This document shows positions 40,830-54,872 of a stretch of DNA of 64,000 nucleotides, piece by piece (position 1 is the first letter of the stretch; each line of letters opens with the position of its first letter). The notes under the pieces are model-generated. The model was not told where the DNA came from, did no database searches, and saw nothing but the letters and a program-made list of their open reading frames with translations. The translations under genes and the position numbers were made by a program. Source of the DNA: Spizellomyces punctatus DAOM BR117 (taxonomy: Eukaryota); the NCBI GenBank assembly GCA_000182565.2, contig KQ257450.1; one strand, given 5' to 3'.

Positions 40830-41364
40830 ACTGTCAAGTCTGTGTCCGTGACTCCGACTATGAAAAAATACGATTGACCGGTGTTGGGCGAAAAGTCAAC
40901 ACCCCTGGTCCAGAGATATATAAAACCGTATTGACAGCGAAAAGCCGGTACTGAATAGAGATAACAACTGCTACTCTGCTCGATAAACGAGATAATTCCA
41001 TGCAACTGCTGGTAATAATACCTACCAGCTATTCCCCAAAGTACCTCCGATATCCTTAAAGGATGTTACTATATTAAGCCATGGCACTTGGTTTTGAAAT
41101 GATTGTTGGAACAGCGGGCGTTTCCGCTTACGTCAGCAACGTTTGTCATTGCACGTGATAATTCGGAAGATTTGAGTATGACTTGCAGCAACAGTGTTGG
41201 TTTTAGCGAGATCTCGTTAAGTTTAGAATTTAAACGTATTCTCATCACACTTGCAGATTGCATACGAAACTCATACCCTGGTTATCTTTGAACGGACAAG
41301 TTATTCATATAGACTGTGACTCGCATCCTCTTCAATCACCTTCAAACCGTACCACCATTCATTC

Positions 41365-42013
41365 ATGATGACTGCGTTGACGAGCCGCTGTCTAACTGTT
41401 CGCCTTGTCCGTCTCCCGTCACTCTCTTTGACACACGTTGTCCCGCCGCGGAGATTTGGGCGGTGCATCCATTCTCGGCAACAGCCAGGACAACAAGTAC
41501 AACCACCACAACCACAACCGCGCAACATGGCCACAGCCGCGCAACAGGCTACACCTACTCCTGCACCTGGTGCAATAGGTGCACCAGTGAAGAAAACAGG
41601 GACATCCGGGCGATTTGCTGCCAAGAAAGCAGCTTTAACCTTGGTATGTTTGTGATTGATCCGCTCTTGCATCTTTTGACCGCTAATCGTTAATGACTCC
41701 GCAGACTCCGCGGGCCGTTGAGCGTCTTCGCGTTATGCTGGGGGATCCTTCCCGGCCACAATACCTTAAAGTCGGAACAAAGAAGAAGGGGTGTTCTGGC
41801 CTATCATACAACCTCGAATACATCTCGTCTCCAGGAAGGTTTGATGAAATTGTTGAGCAAGATGGTGTGAAAGTCGTTGTGGATTCGAAGGCGTTATTCT
41901 CGCTAATCGGGAGTGAAATGGACTATGTGGACGACGTATTGCATTCGACGTTTGTGTTCAACAATCCTAACGTAAAAGAGATGTGTGGATGTGGGGAAAG
42001 CTTTATGGTATAG
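41365..42013 (+). CDS. ISA1: Mitochondrial A-type Fe-S cluster carrier Isa1/IscA
   Basis: Presequence-like N-terminus; KAALTL / TPRAV; KKGCSGLSY; IGSEMDY; FNNPNVKEMCGCGESF. Confidence 0.93.
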
Positions 42014-42166
42014 CGAGGCAGAATATGTGCGTTCGCTTGAATGTGGCAGATTTTTTGAACAGGAACATCTGAAAGGCATCAGTATCTCTTCTATACAATG
42101 ATGTTCGAAAGAATTATTTAATGCTGTACGTACTGATTGACAATATGCAATTTCTATACAATTTAT

Positions 42167-42472
42167 CTATCTGTCAACGACTGACTTATCAGCCCTAAAC
42201 TGTGCGTTCAACCATCCCTGTCTCCGAGCAACCTCCAAATCCCTCTTCCCTCTTTCGTAAAGCGCCTGAATCCTCTTTGGATCAGTCTCAGTGGCATTTT
42301 TACGGAAAGCATCTTGAGCGCGCCGGTGAATGTAGTCACGGTAGTTATGGGAAGCAAATACTCTAGAGGAACGAATGAGATCCCGATATAGAGATATGAT
42401 TTGCCTTTTGGTCGGGGATGCTGGGGACGACGCAGATGTTAGGGAGCGGAGAAAAGTACGGCAGACCGTCAT
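42167..42472 (-). CDS. ISD11: LYR-motif protein Isd11/LYRM4
   Basis: ISLYRDLIRSSRVFASHNYRDYIHRRAQDAFR...LEVARRQ...FRADKSVVD. Confidence 0.85.
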   Translation of the reverse strand: MTVCRTFLRSLTSASSPASPTKRQIISLYRDLIRSSRVFASHNYRDYIHRRAQDAFRKNATETDPKRIQALYERGKRDLEVARRQGWLNAQFRADKSVVDR

Positions 42473-42752
42473 GCTTGCAAGGGATTTTGAAGTGACTGAT
42501 ATGAAGGACATTGTTATAGCGCGATGATTGGAACTGAGCGCCAACATTTACACTGGTGATGACGATTTGAGCCCGAAGTCGTCGTCGAGTCTGCCCTTGG
42601 AAGCGTTGATCACGGGACTCATGGGTGATTGGATCCCATTCGACTCGACATGGATGATCTTACCAAGCCCTCTGACTTATAGCAGGCTTTATGGCAATCT
42701 GGTTCGCCTTGAGCCAGCACATGCACGAAACTCTACGTCGCTGTTGAGAGCT

Positions 42753-45700
42753 ATGGAGGACCCTGATACTCCAACAGTTGGGGAAGAGGGGGTGATGTCT
42801 GAGTCTGACCATGGGCAGAATGTGGACACAGAGGATTCCACAAGCACCATCGACGAAGAAGAGGCATCTGCAACCTCGCAAGTTGCGGACGCAGAGACCA
42901 TGGAGAGCTTGCGATTGCAAGTGAAACAATTGGAGGAGGCCTTGACAGTTGCGGAAGCCAACTTTGGTAAGATTCAAACAGCTCCATCTTTATGGTTGGC
43001 GATCAATTCCTAATATTTTGGAATAGAGCATCGCGTGCACTGGGCGGACACCAAAAACCGGCAATTCGTCAGTGAGTTGGCAGCGGTGAGGCAGGAATTG
43101 GCTAAGGAGAAGCAGATCACTGAGGAAAAGGGTACGTTCCCATTTGATTATATCGGATCGTCCATAGCTTACAGGGAATCTCCCACGGCAGAGCGCGTGG
43201 TTGTTCAGTTGCAGATGGAACTGACTACAAGAGATGAGCAACTTCGAACAACCCAAGACTTAAACCTCAGTGTTCGGGTCGAAACACTTGAAGCCGAGAA
43301 GCGGGATCTAGTCATGATCGTATCGAAGCGGCAGCAAGAAATCGATCGGTTAACCGGTACGGTCTCAGTTGTAGGATGGTGTGAATATATACCTCTCATC
43401 ATTCCAATATGGCTGTGCCTTTTCCTTTACTAGAGCAGTCAGAAGGATTGCAAGAACAGACCCAAGCCCTACGGCTAGAATTGCGTGCGGCAAACAATAG
43501 GATTACGGAATTAGAGAGTGAAACAATGAAGGATAAACTACTTCTCTCTGGGAAGGACCAGGAAATCACTCAAGCACGCAAGACAAGTGAATGGCTAAAT
43601 GCCGAACTCAAACAGAAATCGGAAGAATTCCTTAGTTATCGACTGGAAAAGGTTGGATTTAAATGCCTTCTCATTTAGTGGCCAATATCTCACTCTTTGT
43701 ATTCAGACCGCTCAAATTTCTGAGGCGCAATCACAATTGGACAATGCAATTGAAGAGAAAAGTAGTTTAGAGAGCAAGAATCGTGTATTGCAACAACGGG
43801 CTGAAGGTTTAGAGCAGAAGGTGCAAGAACTGCTGCAAAAGCTCAATGAGGTGAATACTTAAGAAAATATGCCGGTGCATCTCATCCAAAAACAGTCCTA
43901 CTCAGCTGACCGTCACTCAAACCTAGAGCGAAACTCGGCTTGTAATGAATGAGCAGCAATTCAAAAAAGAGATGGATGCACAGAAACGGCTGAATGAGCT
44001 CTACGAAAACAATATTAAAGAGGGACAAAGCCACATGCAAGAGATGCAGAAGACTCTGACTGAAGCCCAGGAGGACTGGGAGACTACTAAAGACGAGTTG
44101 GAAGAAAAGATTCGTCAATTAGAAGGAGAGAGCAGTCATTGGAGGGAGCAGTTCGACAGATTGTATGAGGAGACCGATAGACTCCGCCACCAAGCGAAGG
44201 AAGCGGATGATACGCGCACGTCAACAGACGAGGTGGGTTTCAGATCCGGAGTATAGGTTGATGTAACGTTGAAATTAAGGAACTCCATCTCAGCAGGCAA
44301 ATTTTGGAAGGTCCTCGCAAGGCTCAAGGCTAATGCTGCGAGGCATGACCTACACAACACTGGTACGGCAATATGAGAAAGTGTGAATGTGATTCCGGTA
44401 TTGACACTTTGCATGGGGTCTCAAGTATGCCTCATACGAAGAGGAGAAACAGCAGCGCCTTGAGATTGAACGCGAGCTGGAGATCACTCGAGAACGCTTT
44501 GCTGAAGCATATGAACGCCTTGAGCACCTTGTAAGATCTAATCAGGTTTCCAACTAGCCGTGATTTGCGTGGAGACTAATGCGTAAAAATGTGCAGAGCC
44601 CTTATGTACAAGATCTTGAAAAGGAATCACGACAGCTGCAAGTGCGATACGACAAGCTCTTCACTGATTTGAGCCGCGCATTGGAAGACAAGAAAACTGC
44701 CGTCGCGAGATGTGTCCAAGCGGAAGCCGAGAGGGCGAAACAAGCGGAGGAGCTCAAGATGATGGAGCAGGGTCAGGATCCGCCAGCGCCTTTATTATGA
44801 ACCTCCAGGGGCATTGAAAGTTTTCTTGTTTCTGTAGACGTCCGCGATCTTTCACGTCAAGTGCGCATCTTCTGTATCCAACTCCAGCAAACGAAATCCG
44901 GAACCTGGGAAGATACCGAGCGATATCTGCAAGAGCTTACTGCTCGCTTTGGAGCAGGGGAAGAAGTAGATGAGGCCCCTACAGATGCATTGATCAGCCA
45001 ACGTTTGGTGGAGGTGACGAGTCTGGAGGTAGGAATTACTGCTGTTCCCTTGTCGTAGGCACAGCGGAATATAGTCCATATTCACAAATATGAATAGGGC
45101 CTTGTTCAGCAAAACGTGGATTTGCGCAGACTTGCTCGAAGCTTGGCACGACAATTCGAGGAATGCCAGCAGAAGCTTGAGCAGCAAAGGTCAGAATTCG
45201 TGACTACGGAAATTGAACAAGCCCGTACCAGAATCCAGGAACTTGAGGAGAATGCGGAAAAAATGGCGCGTCAGCTTCGATACGTTGTAAAACAGCGCAA
45301 CGACCTCCGTGCTGTGTTGGAAGGAAAGGCCAACGGAATCCAAGTGTCACCCGCTAAGAGCTCTGCGGGGCGACCAGAAACGCCGCTCGGGAATTCAAGA
45401 TCTGATGGGATGTTAGCTGAATCGGAGTATGAAAGATTATACAGAGAACTGCAGGTAAATCTTCGACACGTTTGCAACTTGCGCGCACAGTTCTTTTAGC
45501 TCACATATGCCACAATGCAGCGCGATCACGATAACTTGATAAAGGAGAGTGGAACAAGTACAAAGGAGTTATCTAATCAGGTGGATAAATTGCGACAGGA
45601 AAGATCAGACTTGGCGATTCAAGTTGCGAAGTTGAATCATCAGATAAACTTCCAAAATGGTACTTCCGCTACGTTGCTTATAAGGTAGATTTGGTTGCTG

Positions 45701-48700
45701 ATTTCGCCTGCATATCTTAGAAAGATATCAGCTCCTTGCTACCAATGCAGACATGCAGTCACGTGAGATTTCACAGCTGCGGGAGCGACTCGCGAACATG
45801 GCAAATGCAGCGACGCAGCAGGATGCTAAAACCCAGGAGTTGACAAACGGTTTGATGAGCGAAAGACTTCGAGCGGAGCAATTATCAAGTCAGATACAAC
45901 AATTGAAGATTGAGCGAGAGGTCTGGGAAGCCAGCAAGGATCGGGCGGTGCGAGAAAGCCAAGATCTACTTACTGAGCGGAACCTGGCAAATGAGCGAGC
46001 GAGAGCGGTGCAAAGACAACTGGAGGATCGTGAGGATAACTGGAGGACGGAGAGAAAGCGGTTAGAGGATAAGTTGGACGCAGCCGAAAGGGAATTGGCG
46101 CTAGTGCGCAAGCAACTTCAAGATGCATCGGAAGAGAATCGCGCAATTCTTGCCAGAAAGGACACAGAAGTCAGGGGAACCCAATCCAAGGTGGAGCGAT
46201 TGACTGCTGAATGTGAAAAAGTCAAGGGGGAGTTGATGCTTTCAAGAAATAAAGAAGAGAACCTTGCGCAACGACTAGCGGAGATCACGGACCGTCTAAC
46301 TCTAGCTGAAGCGAAACTATTAAGCTACGAGGGCCGCGAAGGTGGTGAGAGTACGCCCGAAACGGCAGAGAAACGTGTCAGAGATTTGGAGAAAGAGCTC
46401 GCTGATGCTCGACGGCAGATCATGCGCTTGCAAGAGGATGTGCAAATGTCAAAAGAACGGGAGGCGAACCTCAAGGAACTAGCGAATGCTTCTGAACAAC
46501 AGCTATTAGAGTTCAATGAGACGTATGACACATACAAAGCAGCGAAAGAGAAGGAGATCGGAGAGCTGGAGGTATGCAGTCAATCCGCGTGGTGACATCG
46601 TCAGTGCTGACTTCTTATTCTGTACTGCAGGAGCGTTTGAGGGACGTGGACAATGCACGGAATGAAATCCTTGAGCAGATGAAAAACACTGATCGGGAGC
46701 TTATCGAATCTCGAGAGAAAACTGAAGCCCAGCGCCACGAATTTGAACAGAGAATCCGCACATTGGAAGCACAAATTGAAACAATAAAGAAGACCGAAGA
46801 AGCAGCCATCAAATCGCAAGAAGAAATGCAAGAGGATGTGAAACGTCACGCACGTATCGCTCAGCAGGCGAAGGAAAGTTATGAGCGGGAAGTGGTCGCA
46901 CACTCCAGCGCACTACAGGCTGTCCAGCAGCTGAAAGCTCAATTTGAGAAAGTGAAAGCGGACTTGGGAGAGGCTCAACAGCGTTCCACGTTGGCTGAGT
47001 CCGAACTACAGACAGCCAGTAAATCTTGGGACGACACAAAGAAGCAACTGGAGGAGCAGATTGAAGAAGCTCGTCGCCGAATGGAAGATCTACAAGCGCA
47101 AAATGAACTACTACATTCTCAATTCGAGCGAATGCAGGAAGGTCAAAAGGTGTCCGATTCGGTCATGGAAGGCGGTCAAGGACAGACGGACGATGCCGAA
47201 CGAATAATTCGCGAGCTACGCGAGTTGGTAAAATACGCGCGGAATGAAAGGGATATCTTGCGGACAAAACTCGATATCGCCACATCTGAAAACAACCGGT
47301 TTAAGATGGAGCTACAGCATCTGCAGAGTACACTCGACGAAACACGAGCTCGGTTGGACGAGGAGCGCCGGAGGAGTCAAGATGCATTACAAGACGATAG
47401 ACGACACAAGGAGCTAATGGATAAGATTGAACAAGCGAATCTGCTGCGGGAATCGAACGTTACATTGCGCGATCAAGTGGAACAGAGTGCAAAGAAAGTC
47501 AAGGATCTAGAGGAGAAGTTAAAGGAGAGCGTGAAGGAGCTTGAGCCCCTGCGGGAACAAGTTGTTACATTACAGGCCGAAGTGGAAGTACGGAAAGATG
47601 AGAATGCTTCCCTGACGGAGGACAACAAGCGCTGGAAGGACCGCGTTGATCAGATTCTACGCAAATACCAACGTATCGACCCTCATGACTACGACACATT
47701 GAAGCAAGATGTGGAGAAGCTCACAAAAGAGAAGGATGAGTTAACGGAGACGAAGAACCAGTGTGAAACGCAAAAGGAGCAGTTCGCTGCCAAGGTGAAA
47801 GAGCTGGAGGACAAGAACAAGCGCTTCCTGGAAATTGCGCGCAAGCAAAAGGAGGCCCTTGACGTTCGTAGCAAGCAGCTTTTGGAAATGACGACTAAGC
47901 TAAATGAATGGTCTGGGAAGGAGGCACAGATGGCAGAGAAGGACAAGGAGATTGCGTCTTTGAAGGAGCAATTAGCGAATCCTGAGAAGAATGAACAATT
48001 CTTGGCTATGAAGGCGGAAATGGATAAGAGGCGTTCTGATATTATCCAACAGGCAAACTCTACTCTTGCCAAGTTCAAGGAGAGGAACAACAGTTTGAAG
48101 GACGAGTTGAAGACCGTGAAGCAAGAAAATGCTACTTTGCAGCAGCAATTAACGGTTCTACAACAGGAGGTGGCCCAGCTAAAGGACAGTAGCTTGACGA
48201 AGAATGACGCTGTTCCTGAACGCGTTCAACAGCTTGAGCAGCAATTAGCTCAGATTCAATCCGAGAGCGATCGACGCGTGGCGGCAGCTTTGGACGAATG
48301 GAAAAGCAAGAATACTGGAGAGATGGAAGCCTTGAAGTTGAGAAAACAGTTACTAGAGAGCCAACTTGCATCGGAAAAGAGGCGGGTCGGCACATTGAAC
48401 GAGAAGATTAAGGGCCTAGAGGAAGGCTTGGCAAGCGCCACCGCAGGCACTGCGCCTCCCCAAGTTCTTGAAGGAAATCAAATAGGAGGCAAGAGGCAGA
48501 GGGAGGAAGAGGACGAGAATGTCGTGGAGCCACAAACGCAAGGGGAGGAAGGGGTCGTAGCACCAGCTCTCGTTGAGGCGGGCACGCCGCTTGTGAAGGA
48601 GCCAATCGGTAGTAGCGGAGATGATATTCCGGCAGCAAAGAAGGCCCGAGTTGAGGTTATTGAGACGCAATCAATAGAAGCAGCTGTCATCCCGGAAGTA

Positions 48701-50231
48701 ACAAGCGAGCCGGTGGAGATGGGGACGGCATCCGCTATGACTGGGGAGGCGCTAAAACAGGAAATGATCGCTACTACTGAGGAAGTATTAGATACCGCAA
48801 TGAGTCCTGACAACAGCGTACAGGATCTTACCCCAGAAAGCCGTCCCAATGTGGAGATAACTCCACCCGTCACAGTTTCGATCATCAAGGAAGCAATTCC
48901 ACCAGAGGCTGCGGAAGCCATTACACATCTCCCGGGCGCGTCAACACCAGCACAGACATCCATAGTGGAGGAGATTGTCACGGAGGAGACCGGAGCAGAA
49001 ATTGCCGTCGAAACAAAGTTGAACGTAGCTGTTGACGACGCTGAAGAGATACTGGAGGATGTAACGACGGAGGAAGCTGGAAATTTGATAGTTGGTGACG
49101 AAGAGGGAGAGATTCAGGAAGGTGTGAATGTGGAAGAACCGGAAGGTGAAGAAGTATTACACGAGGAAGAGGAGATGACCGGTAGGTTACGCTTCTTTAG
49201 ATGATGTTAGGCGTACGACCGCCGTCTGACTCCTCACCACTAGGTGTCACCGAAGGTGAGGTGATAGAAACGGAAGGTCCTCAGGTAGAGGACGTCACCG
49301 ATGAGATAGCGGCTGCAGGAACTGAAGAGTGAGTTCAACCTCTAATAGTCAATAATCCCGACGTTCTATTGACACTGGGTGCTACAGAATTGAGCAGGCG
49401 ACTGGGATTGTTGAAGAAGAACCCGAAGTGGTACCTTCGGTAACTACTGGAGAGCGCGAAGAGCCCAATAATGGGGACGCAACGATAACTGCAGAGACAC
49501 AGTCTCCTTCGATATCTGATTCGGGTTTGGTGGAATCGACCGGAACTGTCACCCCCGTGGAATTGCCTACGACGGTGGAGACTGTCCCAGTGCCAACGAC
49601 CTCGATCCCAGCAACTGAATTAAATGTTGCTGCGCCAGAATTTATCCCCGCTCAACCGCCTCCAGCCGCAGGAACTGTGACAGCCACCATAACAACCGCA
49701 GCCAGCACCAGTATACCAAACCCGGAAGATCCAGCTTACAGGATGGCGCTCCTCAAGAGGAAGCTGCAGGCTGCGCAGATGGAAGTTGCGGCCGCAGCTA
49801 TAGCGACGTCTACTAGTAGTGTCGCTCCCAGATCTGGCTCTGCGCAACCAAGTACGTCAATTATCGAGCAGAGAGAGACGAGAGCATGCTAATGAAGCCG
49901 TTTCTATTACTGTATGAATAGTTGAAGGCGGACCAAGAAAACTTCTCCGAACCACACCAGCAGTGGGACTTGTAACCGGTGAGATTTGAGATATGTCTTA
50001 TTTAGATCAATGTCGATATGCTCTAAACATTAGCGCCTAGAAACCCCGACGAGCACCCCTGGTACAAATGGTCAGGATGTCAATGCCGCAACAGAGACTC
50101 CAACAACCCCAACAAGAGGTCGCGGCCGAGGGGTTCGTCGAGCCGCTAGATTTAGGGGCGGGTCACCAGCTACTGGAGCAAGGGGACGGGGTGTAAGAGG
50201 CAGGGGTGCAAAAGCTAAAGAACAAAAGTGA
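42753..50231 (+). CDS. MLP1: Nuclear basket coiled-coil protein TPR/Mlp1
   Basis: Very long coiled coil with TPR/Mlp hallmarks YEREVVAHS, QNELLHSQFE, NLLRESNVTLR and RWKDRVDQILRKY; acidic disordered C-terminus ending in an RG-rich tail; stop at 50229-50231. Confidence 0.9.
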
Positions 50232-50407
50232 ACTCGGCAAGGTTGTCATATTGTACGTGTATATTGCTTTTTGGAAATTGTAGATCTTTGGATTAAGGAG
50301 GTTGACATGTATAATGAAATGGCAGTTCATATATGCACTCATTGGGTATTTAGCCAACGCCGTTGATAGAATGGATAACACAGCGCAAAGACAAGCAGCC
50401 ACGGCCT

Positions 50408-50924
50408 TCAAGCTCTACGGGGCGATCTCCTATCCGGATGGCGTGAAGCAGAGGTGGCGCCTACCTGCGCTATCCGATTTACATATTCTGAACACTTTGA
50501 AAACGAATCTATCCTCCCCATGCGTTGCGTTATATCGTGGGCTTCTGAAAGAGCAGACCGTGCCTGCACCGTCTGTTCAGTGAGCGCTCTCATATCATGC
50601 TATATTTGACCACAGGACTGTAAGGACTTTACGCTCCGCGGCAAACTGACGGGAAAGAACTGTACGCCAAAAGAACCACCTTTTGCTGCACGATGAGCGG
50701 GACTTTCTTTTGGACGTGTTCCTGGATGCGATACAAGCCAAGTGAAGATTCGTTGAGTAGCGAAACGACAAAGGTCGAGATGTCTGTTGTTGCTGCAATG
50801 CGAAAAGCCAAAAATGAAAGTCTCGTTTAAAGTGCATACTAGTGCAGTATTTACCCTTAGTGACGTTTTCTTTGATATCTGGGGCCGCCGTTGAAAACAG
50901 TGACGATTCTCGACGTGCTGCCAT
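50408..50924 (-). CDS. BORCS8: BLOC-1-related complex subunit 8 (MEF2BNB-like)
   Basis: LLNESSLGLYRIQEHVQKKVPLIV resembles BORCS8 LANEPSVALYRLQEHVRRSLP; two introns. Confidence 0.75.
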
Positions 50925-51150
50925 GTTGCTCGAGACCTGACCATCTCGTTGAGGGATATTTGGGATCGTGTCAGGGTCACGTGGTCTTCGATGAGGGGAG
51001 CCTCAACTGACTTTCAATAAATGTGGCTACGGGCATAACAAAATCCGCTGAAGCGACTGCACCGAACGTAAAACTTCATCCAAACGACACTCCCTCCAGG
51101 CTCTTACGGAACCCGGAAACTACCCACACTGGAAGTACGAGGACTTCTTC

Positions 51151-51919
51151 ATGGCAGCCTCGGAGGACCAAGCGCAGGCCAATACATCCAATACACACGC
51201 CAGTGGTTCTGCGACAGAAAGTAACGATCCCGATTTGAGCAAGGTTTGTGGAGCATGCGGGATATTCATGAATGTGCACAACGACCAAAAATTCAATGTT
51301 ACTCTATGAAGGTTACACCGCAGATGCTCCAGGAAGCCGAACGGGAACTTTCCGAACTATTAAGTCGAAAAAAGGCTGTGGACAAAGCTCTCGTACGTTG
51401 GACATCTTCGACATTTGTTTGGTTGACACGAAACTCACGTTAGAATTAGATGGACTTGGAGAGGAAAATATATCTCTTTGAAGGGTCGTATCTGGAGGAC
51501 ACGAGCCAATATGGAAACATTATTAGAGGCTTTGATGGCTACTTGAATAGTTCAAGTACCAAGAAGAGGCAGAAGCTGGTAGAAGAAGATAGGTTGTTTT
51601 CAAGGAGTAGCGTGACATATCCAAAGGTAAGTAGCGGATTTTTCATGGAGATAAGCATATTCGGTCCTGACTTGAGAGTGTCCCACTCTTCAAGGCATTG
51701 GAGATGAAAGAACGAGCCAGTAGGGAAGATACTACGGAAGAAGGGGATACCCATGCGTCCGCATCCTATCGAACGACGCCAACACCGGCGTCAGGTCGAA
51801 TAGATAAATTCAAGAAATCGTCGTTGAAAAAAAGAAAGTCGTCTATGGGTGGGGAAATGGAGACACCAACAGCTGCACAACGGAAAAAGAAGGTTAGAGT
51901 GCCAGATGACGACGACTGA
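51151..51919 (+). CDS. EAF6: NuA4/NuA3 histone acetyltransferase subunit Eaf6
   Basis: [10 protein letters not shown]...[29 protein letters not shown]...[10 protein letters not shown]. Confidence 0.92.
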
Positions 51920-52139
51920 TGCGATACGCATTCCTGTGGAATTTGAATTTTGGGGAGAGTAGATTTTGTGTATATTGGCGATATGGTGGGCTTGTTTTGC
52001 TTCTGTAAATAAGGATTGTAGGGCAGTACTTGCCACAATGGGTCTGGTGCCTCGATACGTAAATAAATTATAATACTGCTATATACAGATAGATACACAG
52101 AGAACGACATCTCTTGACGCACGATGATCCCGCAAACGC

Positions 52140-52796
52140 CTAGGCGGTCGCGTTCTCTGTGTCCATCGGGTCTGCGGGGGTAGCCTCTCCCTCATCTGCA
52201 GCATCCAACAGAGGCTCTTCATACGGCAGCAGTTGCTGTATAAGACCTACAAGGTCTTCTTGCTGATCTTGGCTGAGACGGTCGTCGATGTCCTCAATTA
52301 ACTTTAAGTAATAAGCCTCAGTCAATCAAGTTTGGCATTCACTCGACATCAGGTGCAACCTACTGGATTCAACTCTGCAATGCTTCTGGGTCTAATATTC
52401 AATAGCATGAGTTTCTCAGCTTTGGTAATGTCGTACCGTTGAAGGGCTTCCTTAAATTGTTGCACTTGAGTGCTGCTTTGGGCAACGCAAGGTGTGCTCT
52501 TCAGATACTTGATAACCTGGATACACAGCTATTTAAGCTTGCGGGTTCCAGCATATCTACATATCTGAGACACAACCTCTTGTTCAATAGTGTGCAAATC
52601 CATCAAAGATTTGTCAGAGTCTCCTATTCCGCCAAAGGCTGGTGGTTCTTCAAGTTTTTGAACATCCAGTTCGGAAAGGAACGTAAGAACCTCAAAATTG
52701 CTGACTGGTCCGGCGCAAGGGCGTTTAGTTATACGGAGTAAACAAATAAAGATAGCCAGACTTACGATGGGCGGCTCGAAGTTCCAATACTTCCAT
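52140..52796 (-). CDS. RPC17: RNA polymerase III subunit Rpc17/CRCP
   Basis: MEVLELRAAH / LSNFEVLTFL...LHTIEQEV; ITKAEKLMLLNIRP; IEDIDDRLSQDQQEDL. Confidence 0.85.
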
Positions 52797-52865
52797 AGTT
52801 CCGGTTTGTTAAAGCTACGCAAAGAGTTTACGACTTTGAGAGGTCCTCTGCTAGATCTTGTCGTA

Positions 52866-52879
52866 GTTGCCATGGCAGC
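52866..52879. promoter_or_regulatory. RFX X-box-like palindrome in the RPC17/RIM2 divergent promoter
   Basis: GTTGCCATGGCAGC matches GTTGCCATGGCAAC at 13/14 positions; TGACTCA follows at 52887. Confidence 0.5.
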
Positions 52880-53118
52880 TTGGCTGTGACTCATGCCGAA
52901 TGAAAGTGTCAACATCTGTTTACGCTGACCACCAAAAAAAGTTTGACGGGTATTAGTGGGATCTACCGTGTTTTTCGACCAAGTTTCTGCGGTTCAGCAT
53001 CTTCTACAAAGGAGCCAAAAGTTTGCCATTGGTCGGAAGCAGCTAATAGTATACGGCTACTGCTGAGTACCGTACAAACATCACCAGTCGAATCTATCCC
53101 CAGGTACAAACCGCGCCA

Positions 53119-54748
53119 ATGTCAAGCTCGGACATAACCCCCAGATCCCTATCTACAACCACCCCTATACTTCCCACTGCAATGAGGCCAATTTCCGATA
53201 GTAGAGATTCACCAGCTGTTCGAGATACAGCAAAACCGTCCGTATTAGTGCACTTCGCTGCGGGAGGGTAAGTTCATGGCGAGTTACTACGCAAAAGCTG
53301 TTTGGCTGAAGCAAATTACTCCCTTACTCAGCATTGGTGGAACTGGTATGCAAAAGAAGAAATTCTAATGTCTGTCACGAAACACTCACCATTGAACATG
53401 GGATTCGCCGTATCTCCATCGTAGTGGGAGCAGCGATAACATGTCCTCTTGAAGTCGTCAAAACCCGGTTGCAATCCTCCCTCTACCGCTCGACTGAACC
53501 TACCGTTAGTTTGCGTAATCCTCTAAGAGCGATCTGGGTGCATACGAAGGGTGTGGTGACGCTACTAGGGTATGCTCGATGTTGATGTCATTGTCAGATG
53601 CCCTTCGATTCACGAAGTCTCGTTGCGTACATAGCATGATTCGACGACAGGAGGGTATTCGTGCACTATGGAAAGGGCTCGGGCCGAATTTGATTGGTGT
53701 TGTACCAGCCAGGTATGCTTGGTCCTTAGCTCTGAGTCTTCCCTGTCGACAGATCGTAGTATTGATGGTGGTTCTGATGTGCCATTAGAGCTATCTACTT
53801 TGCTGTATATAGTCAAGGCAAGCATGCGTTCACAACCATGAACCACGGGAAAGAGACGCCAATTGTGCACATGCTTTCCGCCGCAAGTGCCGGTATTGCT
53901 ACCGCTACGTGTACCAATCCAATATGGCTGATCAAAACGCGGATGGTTGGTGGAGGCACTTCATGTTCACTAGGATGTAAAACGGGAATGCTAATCCATC
54001 TGTTGCAGCAACTGCAATCTGAGAACCCTCAATTGAAGGCCGCGGCAAAGTACAGAAATAGCTTCCATTGCCTATATCTAGTTCTTCGAGAAGAGGGTAT
54101 CCGAGGGCTCTACAAAGGCCTCTCGGCAAGTTTCCTTGGTAGGGTTTGAACGTCTGGCATATGGTTTACAGCAGACTCACATCCCATTACATGATTCAGG
54201 ATTGACGGAATCGACTTTGCAATTTGTTACATATGAGTACCTTAAAAAGCATTGGGTGGAGAAGCGTAGACTGGAAAGATTACAGGCGATGCCAGCATCT
54301 GAGCGACAGACGACCTTCCTGGCGAAAACACCATCAGGTCAGATATCGCATGAAGTGACTTTTATTTAGGATGCCAGAGAGTTAACAGATTGGCGGGAAC
54401 AGATTGGTTCGACACCTTTGCTGCAGCCGCAATTGCCAAACTTGGAGCCGCTATCATCACTTATCCACATGAGGTATGTACCCACTTCAGTGCAGGTAAG
54501 CCTGCTCCCACTTACGCAGCGCATACCTTAAGGTCCTGCGAACACGGCTACGGCAGACGCCAGAAAACGGAATCGTCAAGTACAAGGGGCTCGTGCAAAG
54601 CGCGAAACTGATTTATATGGAAGAGGGATTAGGTGCACTATATGGGGGGATGGCTGCACACTTGATGCGAGTTGTGCCAAATGCTGCGATACTATTTTTC
54701 TGCTACGAACTAGTGGTGTCTATATTTACCAACCCAACTTATTCATGA
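53119..54748 (+). CDS. RIM2: Mitochondrial carrier of the Rim2/SLC25A33-36 type (pyrimidine nucleotides)
   Basis: [73 protein letters not shown] and HLMRVVPNAAI. Confidence 0.9.
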
Positions 54749-54872
54749 GACTAAGGGATGGCTGGCCGTATTGTTATTTTACATCAATTTAAATAGAATT
54801 CTTTGCACTCGACTATATATTGGAGTGTATCCTTCCCTGCGTTATCCGTATCCACAATTATTATGAACAACA

